NCBI RefSeq assembly: GCF_006345805.1
Contig: NC_043013.1
Span: forward strand, 1,922,001-1,986,000
DNA: 64,000 nt
Reading direction: 5' to 3'
DNA from: Octopus sinensis
Taxonomy: Eukaryota
A program made the position numbers and the translations under genes. The notes beneath the pieces are model-generated. The model did not search any database. It saw nothing but the letters and a program-made list of their open reading frames with translations, and was not told the DNA's origin. Each line of letters starts with the position of its first letter. Position 1 is the stretch's first letter. Positions 13,677 through 27,879 of this stretch are shown here, one piece after another.

Positions 13677-14057
13677 GGAGGCGCAATGGCCTAGTGGTTA
13701 GGGCAGCGGACTCGTGGTCAAAGGATCTCAGTTTCGATTCCCAGGCCGAGCATTGTGAGTGTTTATTGAGCAAAAATACTTAAAAGCTCCACGAGGCTCC
13801 AGCAAGGGCTGGTAGCAAACCCTGTTGTACTCTTTCATCACAACTTTCTCTCACTCTTTCTTCCTGTTTCTGTTGTACCTGTATTTCAAAGGGGCCAGTC
13901 TTGTCACACTCTGTGTCACGCTGAATTTTCCCGAGAACTACGTTAAGGGTACACGTGTCTGTGGAGTACTCAGCCACTTGCACGTTAATTTCACGAGCAG
14001 GCTGTTCCGTTGATCAGATCAACTGGAACCCTCGTCGTCGTACCTGATGGAGTGCCA
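13677..14057 (+). mobile_element. tRNA-derived SINE, family S3 (ggaggcgcaatggcctagtggttagggc...), representative copy
   Basis: A box tggcctagtgg, B-box-like gtttcgattcc; minus-strand copies near 10.3-10.5, 24.5-24.85, 35.3-35.6 and 48.1-48.5 kb. Confidence 0.85.
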
Positions 14058-15197
14058 TAGTAATATGCGCGCGTGCGTGTGACTAACCTGGGTTATCTGA
14101 TACCACAAGCAATATTTCCTATTTAATGTTACTTATTAGTGATAAATTATTAAGTTTCAAAATGAATGTTAGCCATGGTATGTTTGATTTGCTAAGTTTT
14201 TACAATAATCAAAGACTTTAATAACAAATAAATGTATTTCATGAATTCATTTTTGGATATATTAATATCTGTATATCAGCTTGTTAAATAAAATATTTCT
14301 TTACAACTACCCTCAATATAAATAAATTTGAAAATGAATATTACAGTTGTAAGCACAAATAAAAAAATCAATAAAATTTCATTATTTAATATAACACCTT
14401 AAAATTTATCCCCAAAAAAAAAGCGATTATATTTTTACATAAAATTTTTTGTAAATATGTTGGAGTTGAAAGTAAAATATTTCACTTGTATCAGTTTCCA
14501 ATTTTAGTACAAGGCCAGCAGTTCTGGATGAGGGAATAAATTGATTACATCAAACCTGGTACTCAATTGGGACTAATTTTATCAACCCCGAAAGGGATGA
14601 TAAGTGAAGTTGGCCTCAGCGGAATTTGAACTCAAAATGTAAAAAAAAAAAAAAAGCTAAAATGCTGTAAGGCATTTTGCCCAGGGTGCTAACAATTCTT
14701 TTCTACTCTAGGCACAAGGCCTCAAATTTTGGGGGACGGAGCCAGTTATGGCTAGATTGGCCCCAGTACACAACTGGTACTTAATTTATCGACCCCGAAA
14801 GCATAAAAGGCAACGTCGACCTTGGTGGAATTTGAACTCAGAACATAAAAACAGACAAAATACCGCTAAGCATTTTGCCCGGCATATTAACAATTCTGCC
14901 AGCTCGCCACCTTAACTGAGAGAAAATATTCTTTTCTACTACGGGCACAAGGCCCAAAACTTTTTGGGAGGGGGTCAGTTGGTGAAATTTGAACTCAGAA
15001 CATAAAAACAAACGAAATACTGTTAAGCATTTCGCCCAGCATGCTAACAATTCTGCCCCATATTATTATCACTTATATTGATTTCTCAAGTTTGAATACA
15101 ACAGATTAGTAAGGGATTATAACCCGTTAATTGAATCAACTTAATTGGCTTATAAACTTTGATTATTTACTACAATACGTTAAAATTTATCAATAAA

Positions 15198-15592
15198 CTA
15201 GCTGACCCTGTGCCGTCAAAAATGAAGGCTAATTGTAGTATTTTATATATAAATATGGATAGGAAATCAAATTAATACACTTGCCAATGTTATCAAGTGG
15301 TTGTCCTTCGAGATGTGACATCAATCATCATTTGTTACTAAAAGAACGATGGTTCACATATACATTCACATATTTCCCTTGTACACACACACACACACAT
15401 ACAGGCATATACACACACATACAAACATTCACATACTTCCCTTGTACACGCACACACACATACACACACACAGTTCAAATGCTCCCACTACCAGTTTGTC
15501 ACCACCCCTCCCTTCCTTATTCATCTATCACCCCTTCCTTTCTCGTTCATATGTTGTGACAGAGAAACACACAACAGTATTATTAAAGTAGA
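15198..15592 (-). mobile_element. Non-autonomous Helitron-type element (~395 bp)
   Basis: Minus strand begins A|TCTACTTTAATAAT and ends with hairpin gccttca-tttt-tgacggc, 10 nt, then CTAG|T; inserted in AT with no TSD; internal ~65-bp duplicated (CA)n block. Confidence 0.7.
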
Positions 15593-17185
15593 TATATTTG
15601 CAAATTTTCCAGAGTAAATTTACTTTGGAGATAAAAATGGAAAATGCATCGTTAACATTGATCTCTCGTGTTGTTTCAACGCAACAGATTTGCAGAGGAT
15701 TATATCAGTTAAACGAATCAACTTGACTGACTTTATGAAGCTCACACGATGAAAGGTCAAGTTTATTGCAGTCAGAGCAAAACAAGATACAGTAAAACAT
15801 TTTAGCCCAATCCAACAGCCGGTCGGCTGTGCTAAGTGACACCTGTTTCTGCTATTAACAGGTGAACAGAGAAAAAGCTATTTGTTAACTGGCTTTTAGA
15901 GGATGAAATTAATGAAATATTAAAATCAATGTCACTGTTACAAAACAGTAACATGTAATTAACAGTCTAAACAGCCCTGCAGACACGTTAGCGCGCCGGG
16001 CGAAATGCTTAGCTGTATTTCATCTGTCTTCACGTTCTGAGTTCAAATTCCGCCGAGGTCGACTTTGCCTTTCATCCTTTCAGGGTCGATTAAATAAGTA
16101 CCAGTTAAGCACTGGGGTCGATGCAATCGACTTAATCCGTTTGTCTGTCCATGTTTGTTCCCTCTATGTTTAGCCCCTTGTGGGTAATAAAGAAACAATT
16201 AATATTATTAAAAAATAGTTTCCTCAATATATATATATATATCTGATTGCATCAGTTTATTCTTTAATATTGGTTTCAAATTTTATCACAAGGCCAGTAA
16301 TTTTAGGAGGAGCTAAGTCAATTAGATTGACCCCAATATTCAACTGGTACTTATTTTATTGACCTCAAAAAGATAACCTTTGTGGAATTTGATCTCAGCA
16401 TGTAAAGACAGACAAAATGCTATTAAACATTTTACTAATGATGTGCTAATGATTCTGTCAGTTCGCTGTCTTAATTTGCTCTTTAATATTCAACCTTTAA
16501 CTCTGGTGGTAAACTGGCAGAAGTGTTAGCACACCGGGTGAAATGCTTAGCAGTATTTCGTCTGCCGTTATGTTCTAAGTTCAAATTCCGCCAAGGTCGA
16601 CTTAGCTTTTCATCCTTTTGGGTTCAATAAATTAAGTTCCAATTACGTGTTGGGGTCGATCGAATCGACTGGTCCCCATCCCCCAAAATTTCGGGCCTTG
16701 TGCCTAGAGTAGAAAAGGAATATTCAACCCCTAACTAAAAGCTTAGGTACAAACGCAAATTACAGTTCCCTTCGTATACTTCCTGAAATTTCAATATAAT
16801 AATTCACAGGTAGATCAATATACAAAAGAGTCGAGTACCAAACTAAACAATAACCATGACTTCTTTAAATAGAAGTCAGTAGTAATTACACTGTGACTAG
16901 TATGTAATCAAATGTTACTATGACTAAGAATGCACACTAGCTCTTCCTAATACAAATTTAAACTGTCTCAGCTGTTATTAGCCCACTTTAATCCTATCAT
17001 CCAGTGCTTTCCTCTCAACTATCCTCAATTTACCTAATTAAAACACATAACATCAAGTGCTTTCAACGTAACTCACTTTATAAATGAAATTAATAAATAA
17101 ATAGAATATAAATTATGTTATTTGTATAAATAGTCAGACATATTTTAGGGGAGATGTTATATTCAAAATGTAACAGGATAATTGA

Positions 17186-17415
17186 TTAACCCTTTCGTTA
17201 CTGTATTTCTGTTGAGATGTTCTGTGTTTCTTTCAATTAATTTTCAATATAACAAAGAATTTAGTAAAATAACTTAGTTGTCATTAAGCTAGTGTTAAGA
17301 ACATAAATTGCGACTAAGGTTTGGTGGAAGATTTGGATTCAAAACTCATGAAAACAAGACATTTGTACTACAGAGCCAGAGGTGGTTTCAGCCAGGTTGG
17401 TACCAAAAGGGTTAA
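17186..17415. mobile_element. piggyBac-type MITE, family P1
   Basis: TTAA|CCCTTT...AAAGGG|TTAA termini; related copies at 25511-25743 and 53569-53796. Confidence 0.8.
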
Positions 17416-18995
17416 GTAGAATGCAATAAAACATAGAAACATCTGTGGTTGTAGGAACAAATTTAAATGTGTATGTCTTTGGCATTTATTCACGAATCAT
17501 ATTAAGAAGTTATCTTTTACTTTTTTAGTCGCTGGACTGTGGCCATGCTGGGGCCCCACCTTGAAACATTTCTAGTCAAATGAATCAACCCAATATTTGC
17601 TTTTTTTTTAAATCCGGGTACTTATTTTGTTGGTCTCTTTTGCCAAATTGCTAAGTTATGGGGAAGTAAACAAACCAGCACCAGTTGTCATGTAGTGGTG
17701 TGAGACAACACAAACACAAAGCAGCAACACTCGAAAGGAATTCACTCACTCATGGAGGCAAAGTAGCTGAGTGTTGGGCCTCATGAAGGCAATGACCAAG
17801 ACTTTTGGCATTATGTTGTGCTTGGGAAGAAGACCCATCAAGCTGAACAATATTGCAGATGTGGCAGACACCAGTGTCACACAAATTGGCACCCATGCTG
17901 GTGGCATGTAAAAGCACTTCTTACACTCTTGGGGGTGGTTGGCATTAGGAAGGGCATGCAGCCATACAAAACCATGCAACCCATGCCAGCATGGACAACG
18001 GACATTAAATGATGATGCAGATACATACACATACACACACACAAGACAGGCTTCTTTCAGTTTCTGTCTACCAATCTAGTCACAAACTTCTTTTTGGCCT
18101 GAGGCCATTTGCCCAAGATGCCACATGGTTCTCTAATATGCCAACTCTTATAAACTAGCATAAACACTATTTTAGATGAAATGAAAAAAAATCTAAATCG
18201 TTAAAATGTTTTCAGTTCATCTTTTAGTGCTGGCATCATGTAAAAAGTGTCTGTGATGGCGCCATATAAAAAGCACGAGTGCTGGTGTTGCGTAAAATGC
18301 ACCCAGTACACTCTGTAAAGGGGTTGGCTTTAAGAAGGGCATGTAATGGTTATATATAAGGTGTTGATGTGGCTGTGTGTATGTTATTACAAGAGTTCAT
18401 ATAGAGATGAAGAATAAATTCAAGACTTATAATATTTACTACATAAAAATACATTTTATTTACTGGTCAACGATGAAACATAACCGTAATGTAGAATCTA
18501 GTTGAATGAAGTAATCTATGCAAGAAAGTTCAGCGATAGGAAATATAGAAATAACAGCTAAGTGGCAGCTTTCAGTCATGTGGCATAGAGAAATAGATGG
18601 ACATGGCAATGACATGAATGGTTCTAAGTCTAAACAACCAAGAAGCAAAGAGCGGAGTTAGCAAGCTGTTTTTATTAATGGAACACTAGACATTTTAGAA
18701 ACTTCCAAGAGAAATGCTAAGCTTCTTGAATAATTAAGAATCACGTCTCCTGACACAGAAGCTTCAAGAAAGTTAGAAAGGAAGATCCTTCTTGCAAGGG
18801 AGATCATTCAACTATTTAGCTACAAAGACCACTACAGACATCTAGCTGTAGAAATCATGCTTAAACAGACAACTGGAGCCTGGTGCAGCTCTCCGGCTGG
18901 CAAGCTCCTTGTCAAACCATCCAACCCATGCCAGCATGGAAAATGGATGTGAAATGATGACGATTTATCAGCAAACTAATCAGACATGAGCTTAC

Positions 18996-19057
18996 CTCAC
19001 ATAGTTTACCATTGGTGGACGTCGATGGTATATGATTATTCAAATCAACATCTGGAT
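18996..19057 (-). CDS. Candidate internal exon 4 ((D)PDVDLNNHIPSTSTNGKLCE), phase 1-0
   Basis: Acceptor ttttttcctgtag| and donor GAG|gtaagc; 62 nt; only the phase-1 frame is open. Confidence 0.65.
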
Positions 19058-22000
19058 CTACAGGAAAAAATTTGTACATGAATGAAATGAAATAAAATGC
19101 AGCTGTTACTGTGACGATATCAAAATGCTTAAATGTCAAATGCAAAAAGACAAAACAATTACGTTTTACAAAAAAAATAAACAAACAGATAAGTGAAAAT
19201 AAGAAATTCACAGTAAATTGAAATAAAATGACTGGAGCTATGATTATAGTTTAGATAACATTTAACAATTATACAATAAATAGTAAAACAAGTTAAGACT
19301 GAAACTGAAGTCATGCGACAAAGACTTTCATAAACACAAAAAAAAAAGAACAAAATGTGAAGATTAAATACAACAAGGAACTGAATAAAGTAAATATTGA
19401 AAATAGTTTTAAGAAAACAATCTCAGTAAATTGTACACAGCAGGCAAGTGTATTTATAACGACTAACAATGAAGTGTGATTTTTTGAAACTGAAGATAGA
19501 TATTACTGAGTCAATCTTATAAGATAACCAATAAAACGGTTGTAGTAAGTTATTAAGATTTCTATGAGGTCTAACCCAGTGATTGCCAAACTTGTCATGG
19601 AACCCTTATATATTTCCCAAAAACTGCAGCAACCATACCAATAAAGGTACAAAAATTCCCTACCACCTTAATTTTAAAAACATTAGATCTAACAAAAAAT
19701 CCTTAAGAAAGATAATTAGTGCGTATGTCTGTGTGTGTTTAATATTTTAAATTAATCTATCCAGTAATGTTACACAGCTAAACTTAGTGGGTATTTAAGC
19801 AATGGGTTCATGGATAGTTGATGAGTTAGTTGGATGTGATGCTGATGAATCAGCAATAACTCCTGAAATATATATATACACCAGTATTTTCTATCTTCTA
19901 TTGCATTGTTTATGTAGACAAATTCATATTAGAAACATAACTTTCAGTACTGGTTCTGAATTCTATAGAAAATTTGTGGAAATAAACTTAAGTTATATAT
20001 ATATATACATATATATAATATGATATATAACTTGAAAATGATGAATACTAATTTTGTTATAAAGCAGAATTTTTTTAAGTGAACATACTTTAGAAAACGT
20101 TGATCTAGCTAATAAAATCATTTGTTTTTCCTTAACTCTTGACATTTTAAACTACAACAGAAATAGATATCCATAATCATATAATTTTAGGTAAATAAAA
20201 AATTTGTAACTTTAAAAAAAAAAGATGAAAATCTTTGGAATAAATTATTTAGTTTTTTGGGTGGTAGGGGTTGTTTTGGTTTAGAGATTGTATCATAGAC
20301 AGGAAAAGAAATGTTTGAAATGGCTGGTTTCCAAAAATGTTATATAATCTCAGACATTAACAATGCAAGAAAGCAAAAAATATCAAATTACTACAGTTGA
20401 TGTAATAATATCTATTCCAATATCTTGACTAAATTAAAATATTATATCAGGTGCAATCTTGTTTTTATTGTAAATTAAAGAAAGCAAATATCAATGAAAA
20501 TCAATACCTTATCTGCGAAAACACTAGATTATCTAATTTAGAAGTTAATCTATTTAAAAGAAAGAAAACATAACTTAGAATCAATTACAAAAATATTTCC
20601 ATAACAAAATGTTTTCTGAACATGATTTCCAGACTTTTGAAAGAAATTATGTTTGCAAACAAAATCCAGAAATGATTTATATTTAAATGATTGGGGAAAA
20701 TCACAAATCAGAGTTGGGAAATGGTTTTATCTTTTTATTTGAAACTGTTCTACGAAAAACATTGTTTTATTCCTTACCAAATGATAACTAACCCGTGAAA
20801 AGATTTATGGGAAAACAATACAGTTCAATAAGTTTACTGTTAACAAAATATCTCTCTATAAGGAAGTCATAAGTTATTTTGGATTTACTAATATAACATA
20901 ACCACCCAGTAGAGTTTAATATTCAAAAATTCTTACAATAAAAGAAAAAAAAAACAAACAGAATCAAATTTTCCATTTTCTTTCTGCTTTTCTAATTTTG
21001 AAACAATATTTTTTTTTTCAATAACAGTTGAATGAATCTAAACTTCAAATTCCAATAGAAAAGCAAAAATTAAAATTTGTATTAACTAGAAATGTTTTTC
21101 TTTTAGATAAAAATAAAAAAAAATAAATTTGAAATTCTTATGAATGGAAGAGAAATATATCCAGCTAGGCATTTTCCTATTTTAAGCATGGAACAAAGCC
21201 AGCAGAATCTCAATTTACACAACTAAAATATCAAAATACTTTTCAAACAATGTCATCAAAGATATCTCTTATTGAATATTATTTGATTAGAAACAAAAGT
21301 CCAACTAGGCCAGTTGCCAGTTGCTTCGTTTTTAACTAATTAATTTGCTGACAACACACATTAAGCTGTTGAGTATTGATAACTTCTTTGAGTAAACTTA
21401 CCCTTACCATTTTTAACTGCTGCCAAAGATTTTTGTAAAGTCTAGATCTTCCTAAGTTGTTAATATAAATTTATTTTGTACAGAATATACGGTATGATCT
21501 GAAAGGTTAAAATTTCACAACGAAAACTGGCAAAAACCAATGTAAAGTGAACTTTCATGAAGCAGCAACAAGCAAAGACAGTGATAATTTCTTAAATCCA
21601 TCTGAGTTTAAAAGAAAACTATCAGAGTTTCACAATATCTAAGAATTAGGTAATTCTGCCATACCCTTTTCCAAAGTTTATTGCTGTCTTCAAACATAGA
21701 CTCATATCTTATTCTAGGAGAGAAAACTTTCAGAGGGAAGATTTCAAAAAATATTGGTCTTACATCAAAACTAAAGCCAGGAAGTTCTTTTGAAATGTTC
21801 TGTGATAGAAGCTTGTTTGGAACATGATTGTTTTACTTCTTTCAGTCAGTCACTGGACTGTGACCATGCTGGGGCATCATAGCCTAGAAGAATTTTTAGT
21901 CGATCAAATTGCCCCAATATATATTTTTCTTTTTTAAACTTGGAACTTATTAAATCCGTTCTTTTTGCTGAATTGCTAGATCACTGGGATGTAAACACAC

Positions 22001-23013
22001 CAACACTGGTTATCAAGTAGTGGTGGGGGGAACAAACACGGACCCAAAGGCACACACACGCACACGATGAACAACTTCTTCCACAAAACACAGAAAAGAT
22101 GCAAGGCTACGTTTGAAGATGTTTGATGCTATTTTATAAATTACAGAAATGAATAACACTAACTAATGAACTCAATTTTTAAATGAAAATTAATAAATGC
22201 AAAAACAGCCTTAAAAAAAAAAGTCATTGCTCAAATGAAATTTTAAATGCAACAAAGCAACCAAATGAAAATAACCAATTGAAAATAAAGAAATTTATAA
22301 TGACACACAGAAATAATATGAAGCAATCTATAATAAGCTAAGAAGCTTTTTATAGATAAGATTCAGCTAATTACCAGTAGGGCTTAGGAGGTAGAATCCA
22401 CCACAGAAAATATTCCCGTTTTGTGTACCATTTAAGGTTTCTAAAATCAAGAACATTAGATGACGTTTGCTTCAGTATAAGTTTTACATTCAGTTGTAAA
22501 ATAACTAAATATCAAGTGTTGAAAAGTCAGAAGTGAAAAATATACATGTAAATGAAAAACCAAGAAATAAGTGTTAAATATTTTAAACGTAGAATTACAA
22601 AAATGAAATGAGGAAAGCTTCAAACAATGCAGAAATGGAAGTTGAAGAACTTTTACATATTTCAGGTGCAAAGGCCCATCATCAGAAGAACACAGTACAA
22701 GCATCTAACTAAAACAGGTCCACTGCTCATCTGGCAATCCCAAAAGCAGGATCTATGTCGACACATATTTGCTTGACAGTATTTTTCTGAAGATGAGCTT
22801 TTGTGTCCGAAACTTTCATCTCTGCATTGTTTAGATTTCCACATTTCATTCATTAGTCTGCTTCTGTACTTATGGCACTTCAAGCGAACTACAATTCTTT
22901 TCTATTTTAAATGTAATAATAAATCCAACACTTTCAATATAATTAGGAAAAGAAACGATGCTTTTGACCTGCACAGAATAATCCTCTTGGATCGTTTATA
23001 ATATTCCGTAACT

Positions 23014-23402
23014 TTAACCCTTTAGCATCCAATTTACTTTGTGAAATGCATAATTGTTGTCAATTATTCATGCATTGTCTTGTAGCTTTGAAGTTTGATA
23101 ATGTGTTTATTTTTAGAATGACATTGTAGGGTAGGTGTGAGAGGCAAGATCTCATTGGTTTGAATAGAAAACAGAATATTTGACCAGTTTAGATGCTAAA
23201 GGATTAAACCAGTCATATTTGGCCCAAATAGTCTATCTGTTTTATTATCAAACCAGCCAGATGTGGCCAGTCACACCTAACCTACAATAAACAATCACAT
23301 CATTGGAGTCTCAACTCTACAAGACGACATGTGATTAATTCAAAACAATGTGAATAAATAAGCATTACCTTTGGCAGAGTAAATTGAATATTAAGGGATT
23401 AA
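23014..23402. mobile_element. Two adjacent, oppositely oriented piggyBac-type MITEs, family P2
   Basis: ttaaccctttagc...gctaaaggattaa followed by a reverse-oriented relative ending aagggattaa; family also at 51787-52014 and ~36150-36330. Confidence 0.6.
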
Positions 23403-23924
23403 ATCAACATGGCGTTAACACTATTCACTCACACCAAAAATGAAAAGGAAAATCAAACAGAAGAAGAGTGTAATTAAAATTCCTGAATAAGAACAGATGA
23501 GAAAAGTTTCTCATGATGCACGAGATGACAAGTTCATAAAGGAAGACGATAAACATTGAAAATAAAGGCATACTTTCTCAAGAATATTACCAGTAAGTGA
23601 ATTCGGGGTTGCAACTGGGAATTGGAAACCTTAATATTGTCATGTCCACTAGATTAGTAAGTGGTAACAACAACAATAATAATAATGATAATAACAATAA
23701 TAATAATTTTTTCTGCTATAGACACAAGGCCTGAGATTTTAAAGGAGGAGGTAAGTCAATTAAACCCACTCCAGTTCATGACTGGTACTCATTTTATCTG
23801 CCCCAAAAGGATGAAAGGCAAAGTTGACCTTGGTGGAAGTGAAACTCAAGAGTCTAACGGAGGAAATGCTGCTAAGCATTTTTGCTTGGAGTACTGACAA
23901 TTCTGCAAGATCACCACCACCACC

Positions 23925-23954
23925 ACCACAACAACAATAATAATAATAACAATG

Positions 23955-24002
<48 letters not shown>

Positions 24003-24030
24003 GTAGTAGTAGTAGTAGTAGTAGCAATAG
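23925..24030. repeat. Compound (AAT)n/(AGT)n microsatellite between diverged S2 SINEs
   Basis: Direct reading of sequence. Confidence 0.95.
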
Positions 24031-25510
24031 TGATGGCTTCAAATTTTGGCACAAGGCCAGCAAATTTTGGGGAGTGAGTAAGGTGGTTAATTTGACCCAA
24101 ATGATCAACTGGTACTAATTATATTGACCCCATAAGGATGAAAGGCAAAGTCAACTTCAACAGAATTTGAACTCAGAACGTAAAGATGGATGAAATGCCA
24201 CGAAGCATTTTGCGCAGATTGGTAACATTTCTGCCAACTCGCTAGTAACAACAACAACAATAATAATAATCATTTTCCTGCAACAGCGAATTAGTTAAGA
24301 ATGTCCTGGGTACAAACCCAAGGCAGTTGTGTGTTGTGACCCCCTTCAGTCATGAATGACCATGGGATTGCACCTAGAAAGTTACCCTCGGAGGCACAAG
24401 TCTGGGCAAGGTTGTTTTTATGGAAGACCAGCAGTTGCCTATGCATACCACCCTCTCTTCGCACCACCGATGTTATCCACAGGAAAGGCAAAGGCCGAAA
24501 CAGCTTGGCACCAGTGACATCACAGCTCATTTATTAACGTGCAAGTGGCTGAGCACTCCACAGACACGTGTACCCTCAATGTAGTTCTCAGGGAGATTCA
24601 GCATGACACAGAGTGTGACAAGGCTGGTCCTTTGAAATACAGATACAACAGAAACAGGAAGAAAGAGTGAGAGAAAGTTGTGGTGAAAGTGTGCAGCTGG
24701 GTTCACCACCACCCCCTGCTGGAGCCTTGTGGAGCTTTAGGTGTTTTCGTTCAATAAACAATCACAATGCCCGGTCTGGGAATCAAAACCACGATCCTAC
24801 GACTGCGAGTCCACTGCCCTAACCACTAGGCCATTGCGCCTCCACCCCAAGGTAGTGTAAAGAATGTAAAATGCCAATCTCTTGACTTGACCATCCACTT
24901 TCTTGGTATGTATGTATAATTCCAAGAATCGTGTAGCAGATTAAATCTCATGGAATGGTACCTTGAGATAGAGATTGGAATTCTAATAACCACCACCATC
25001 ATCATACTAACAATACAGTTTCCCATGCTAGCAGGAGTCACACGAAATTTGTTGAGGCAGATTGTCCACTGCCAGATACCAAACTTTATCTTAATTCCAA
25101 GTACAGTAACATCCCTCATGGCCAGAGAATTTTTCATCAAAGACAGAAAATGAATGACATTATTTTATATGATGGGGATGTTTGTTCACAACTATCATAT
25201 GATGTCAAGACAAGAGGACATGTACACACATACACACAGAAAAGATGGGCTTCTTTCAGTTTCTGTCAACCAAATCCATTCACAAAGCTTTGGTCGTCTG
25301 GGGCAATAGTGGAAGACACTGAAAATGCCATGCAGTGGAACAGAACCCAAAAACCATGTGATTGGGAAGTAAACTATTTTACATATACATGCTTTTAGCT
25401 GATATTTTCACAAAACATTTAAAGTCTATACTTGTGTAAATGATGTCAATTTAATCACGATGGTAAAGAAAAGTCGGATAAAATGGATGATATTCAAAAT
25501 ATCAGTAACA

Positions 25511-25743
25511 TTAACCCTTTTGTTACCAATCCGCCTGAAACAGCCTCTGGTTTTGTAGTACAAATGTCTTGTTTTCAAAATTTCTGAATTAAAATTTTCC
25601 ACCAAACCTTAGTCACAACTTATGTTCCTAACACTAGCTGAATAATAACTAAGTTATTTTACTAAATTCTTTGTTATATTTAAAATTAATTGAAAGAAAC
25701 TCAGAGCATCTCAGCAGAAGAAATATGGTAACAAAAGGGTTAA
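25511..25743. mobile_element. piggyBac-type MITE, family P1
   Basis: TTAA|CCCTTT...AAAGGG|TTAA; body similar to 17186-17415 in opposite orientation. Confidence 0.8.
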
Positions 25744-25789
25744 TGGCATTAAAATTCTATGACTTTCTTTTGTAGCTTTTCACAATATT

Positions 25790-25967
25790 CCAGCATCATT
25801 CACCATATTCTGGTGTATCTCATCTGTGATCCCAGCAAATGTAGCCATAATATTTCTTTAATGAATTCTGGTATGTCTCTAAGATGAAAACAATACTACA
25901 CCTTCCAGTTTTATGAACCCTCTTCGAACGAACCCAAAAGACAAAAAAAATCTGGGAACCTAAGAGG

Positions 25968-26003
<36 letters not shown>

Positions 26004-26195
26004 CAACAGAAGCACAGCTCATAAATTGCAAACTGTAACTGTCTTGTATGATAGTGCACCATCATGCAAGAAGGTCGATTCTTGTTCAAAACCAAGTCAT
26101 TTGATTTCTGAAAAAAAACTGGTCATTAGCATAAAGAGGTATCAATCAAAAGACTCTCTCCATCCAATCAATCCAAAATGTACATTTCACATTCA
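25790..26195 (-). pseudogene. Tc1/mariner transposase C-terminal remnant, split by (TA)n
   Basis: Minus-strand fragments EQESTFLHDGA (cf. FQQDGAP) and NIMATFAGITDEIHQNMVND (cf. conserved C-terminal helix). Confidence 0.55.
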
Positions 26196-26703
26196 CTGTA
26201 ATCTGTTACTTGTTTCAGTCATTGGACAGCGGCCATTTTAGTCAAACGAACAAATCAACTCCAATACTTACTTTTTTTTTTCTTTTTAGAAAGCCTGGAG
26301 CTTATTCTATCAGTTTCTCTTGCAGAACCGCTAAGATACAGGATATAAACACACCAACACGGGTTGTCAAGCAGTGGGGTGGGGTGGGGGAGCACAGACA
26401 CAAAGATACACACACACTATTGGATATATATACATACATACATATGAAGGGCTTCTTTCAGTTTCCATCTACCAAATTCATTCACAAAGCTTTGGTTGGC
26501 TTGAGGCTATAGTAAAAGACACTTGCCCAAGGTGTCAGGCAGTGGGACTGAATCTGGCGCCATGTGGCCGGGAAACAGACTTAATAACACACAGCCAAGC
26601 CAGCACCTATTTCTATCATTATAAAATTATGAAATTACAAAGATTAAGCAAATATTACATTTTGGGATACTACAAGGAAGTTTCATATAAATACATTACA
26701 GCC

Positions 26704-27879
26704 TACGAAGGGGTGGGGCTGAAAAGTTCCTGGCTTTGGGTAAAAGAAAAGTAGAGGAGCATCAGTTAATTATGATTTTATTCAATATTTTCCCCTCCCA
26801 GATTCACAGACACATTGCAGTGGTCCTTCAGTTTTTTTTAAGTCCTGTAGAAGAATTTGGAAGGTTGGGCCTCCAGCCAGGCGTTTCGCGATACCCTTAA
26901 CCCTTTAGCATTATTCTGTCCAAATTAATGCTTATTTATTTTGTAGCTAGCACTTCCAACCAGTTTTTGTGGTTTGCTACCTCAAAAGCTCATTATAGGA
27001 CTCAGTGGCTAAGGACATCATCAGGAGGAACCACTTTTGGCTTCGGCCTCTACTGTTTACAACATGGCACCCACCTCCACTTCAGGTGTCTTCAGCTCTG
27101 CTGTTTTTTTCCTTCTTTCTTTGGCCTTTTGTTCTTCGGCTTCTTTGCTGCAGTTTCAATGACAGGTGAATGACCATCCAGCCAAATTTACCAATAAATA
27201 CTCGCTGGTAGACTCCAGCAGTCAGCGCCTGAGATTTTGAAGAGGTAACAGCGAATTATCTAGATTGACATTGTAGGATAGATGTGAAAAACCAGATCTT
27301 GTCACTCATCACCATCATCATCATCATCATTGTTTAACGTCCGTTTTCCATGCTGGCATGGGTTAGACAGTTTTGACTGGGGACAGGCAAGCCAGGAGGC
27401 CGTACCAAGCTTCAGTCTGATCTGGCAATGTTTCTACAGCTGGATGCCCTTCCAAACACCAACCACTCCAAGTGTGTAGTGGGTGCTTTTTATGTGCCAC
27501 TGGCACAGGAGCCGGGAGGTGGGGGGCTAGCATCGATTATGTTCGGATGCTGTTCTTTACATGCCATTGGCACAGGAGCCAGTTGGGGCGAGGAGCCTGG
27601 CGTCAACTACATTTGGCTGGTGCTTTTTACATGGTGGCGGCCTGAACATAAAACAGGTCAAACATTTTGACCAGATATCATCATCATCATCATCATCATC
27701 ATCGTCGTCGTTTAACGTCTGCTTCCATGCTGGCATGGGTTGGACGGTTTGACTGAGGACTGTCCAACCTATGCCAGCATAGAAAGCGGATGTTAAACGA
27801 CGACGATGATGATGATGATATCTGGCCGGTTTAAATGCTAAAGAACAGAAGCCAAAAACTTTTCAGCACCCCTTTGCAC
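26704..27879. mobile_element. Mariner-type non-autonomous element with nested MITE and RTE-tail insertions
   Basis: Diverged TIR pair tacgaaggggtggggctgaaaagttcctggct / agccaaaaacttttcagcacccctttgca. Confidence 0.6.

Noticed and set aside
20775-21500. Further minus-strand exons at donors near 20776 and 21401
   Set aside because: Stops in all frames from the plausible acceptors, or only weak acceptors available
23846-24118. Poly-Ile/Asn/Leu ORFs, and similar (CA)n/(TA)n-derived ORFs throughout
   Set aside because: Microsatellite translations
26928-27173. Lys-rich ORF/exon (minus strand ETAAKKPKNKRPKKEG)
   Set aside because: Lies inside the mariner-type element between its TIRs; no splice support
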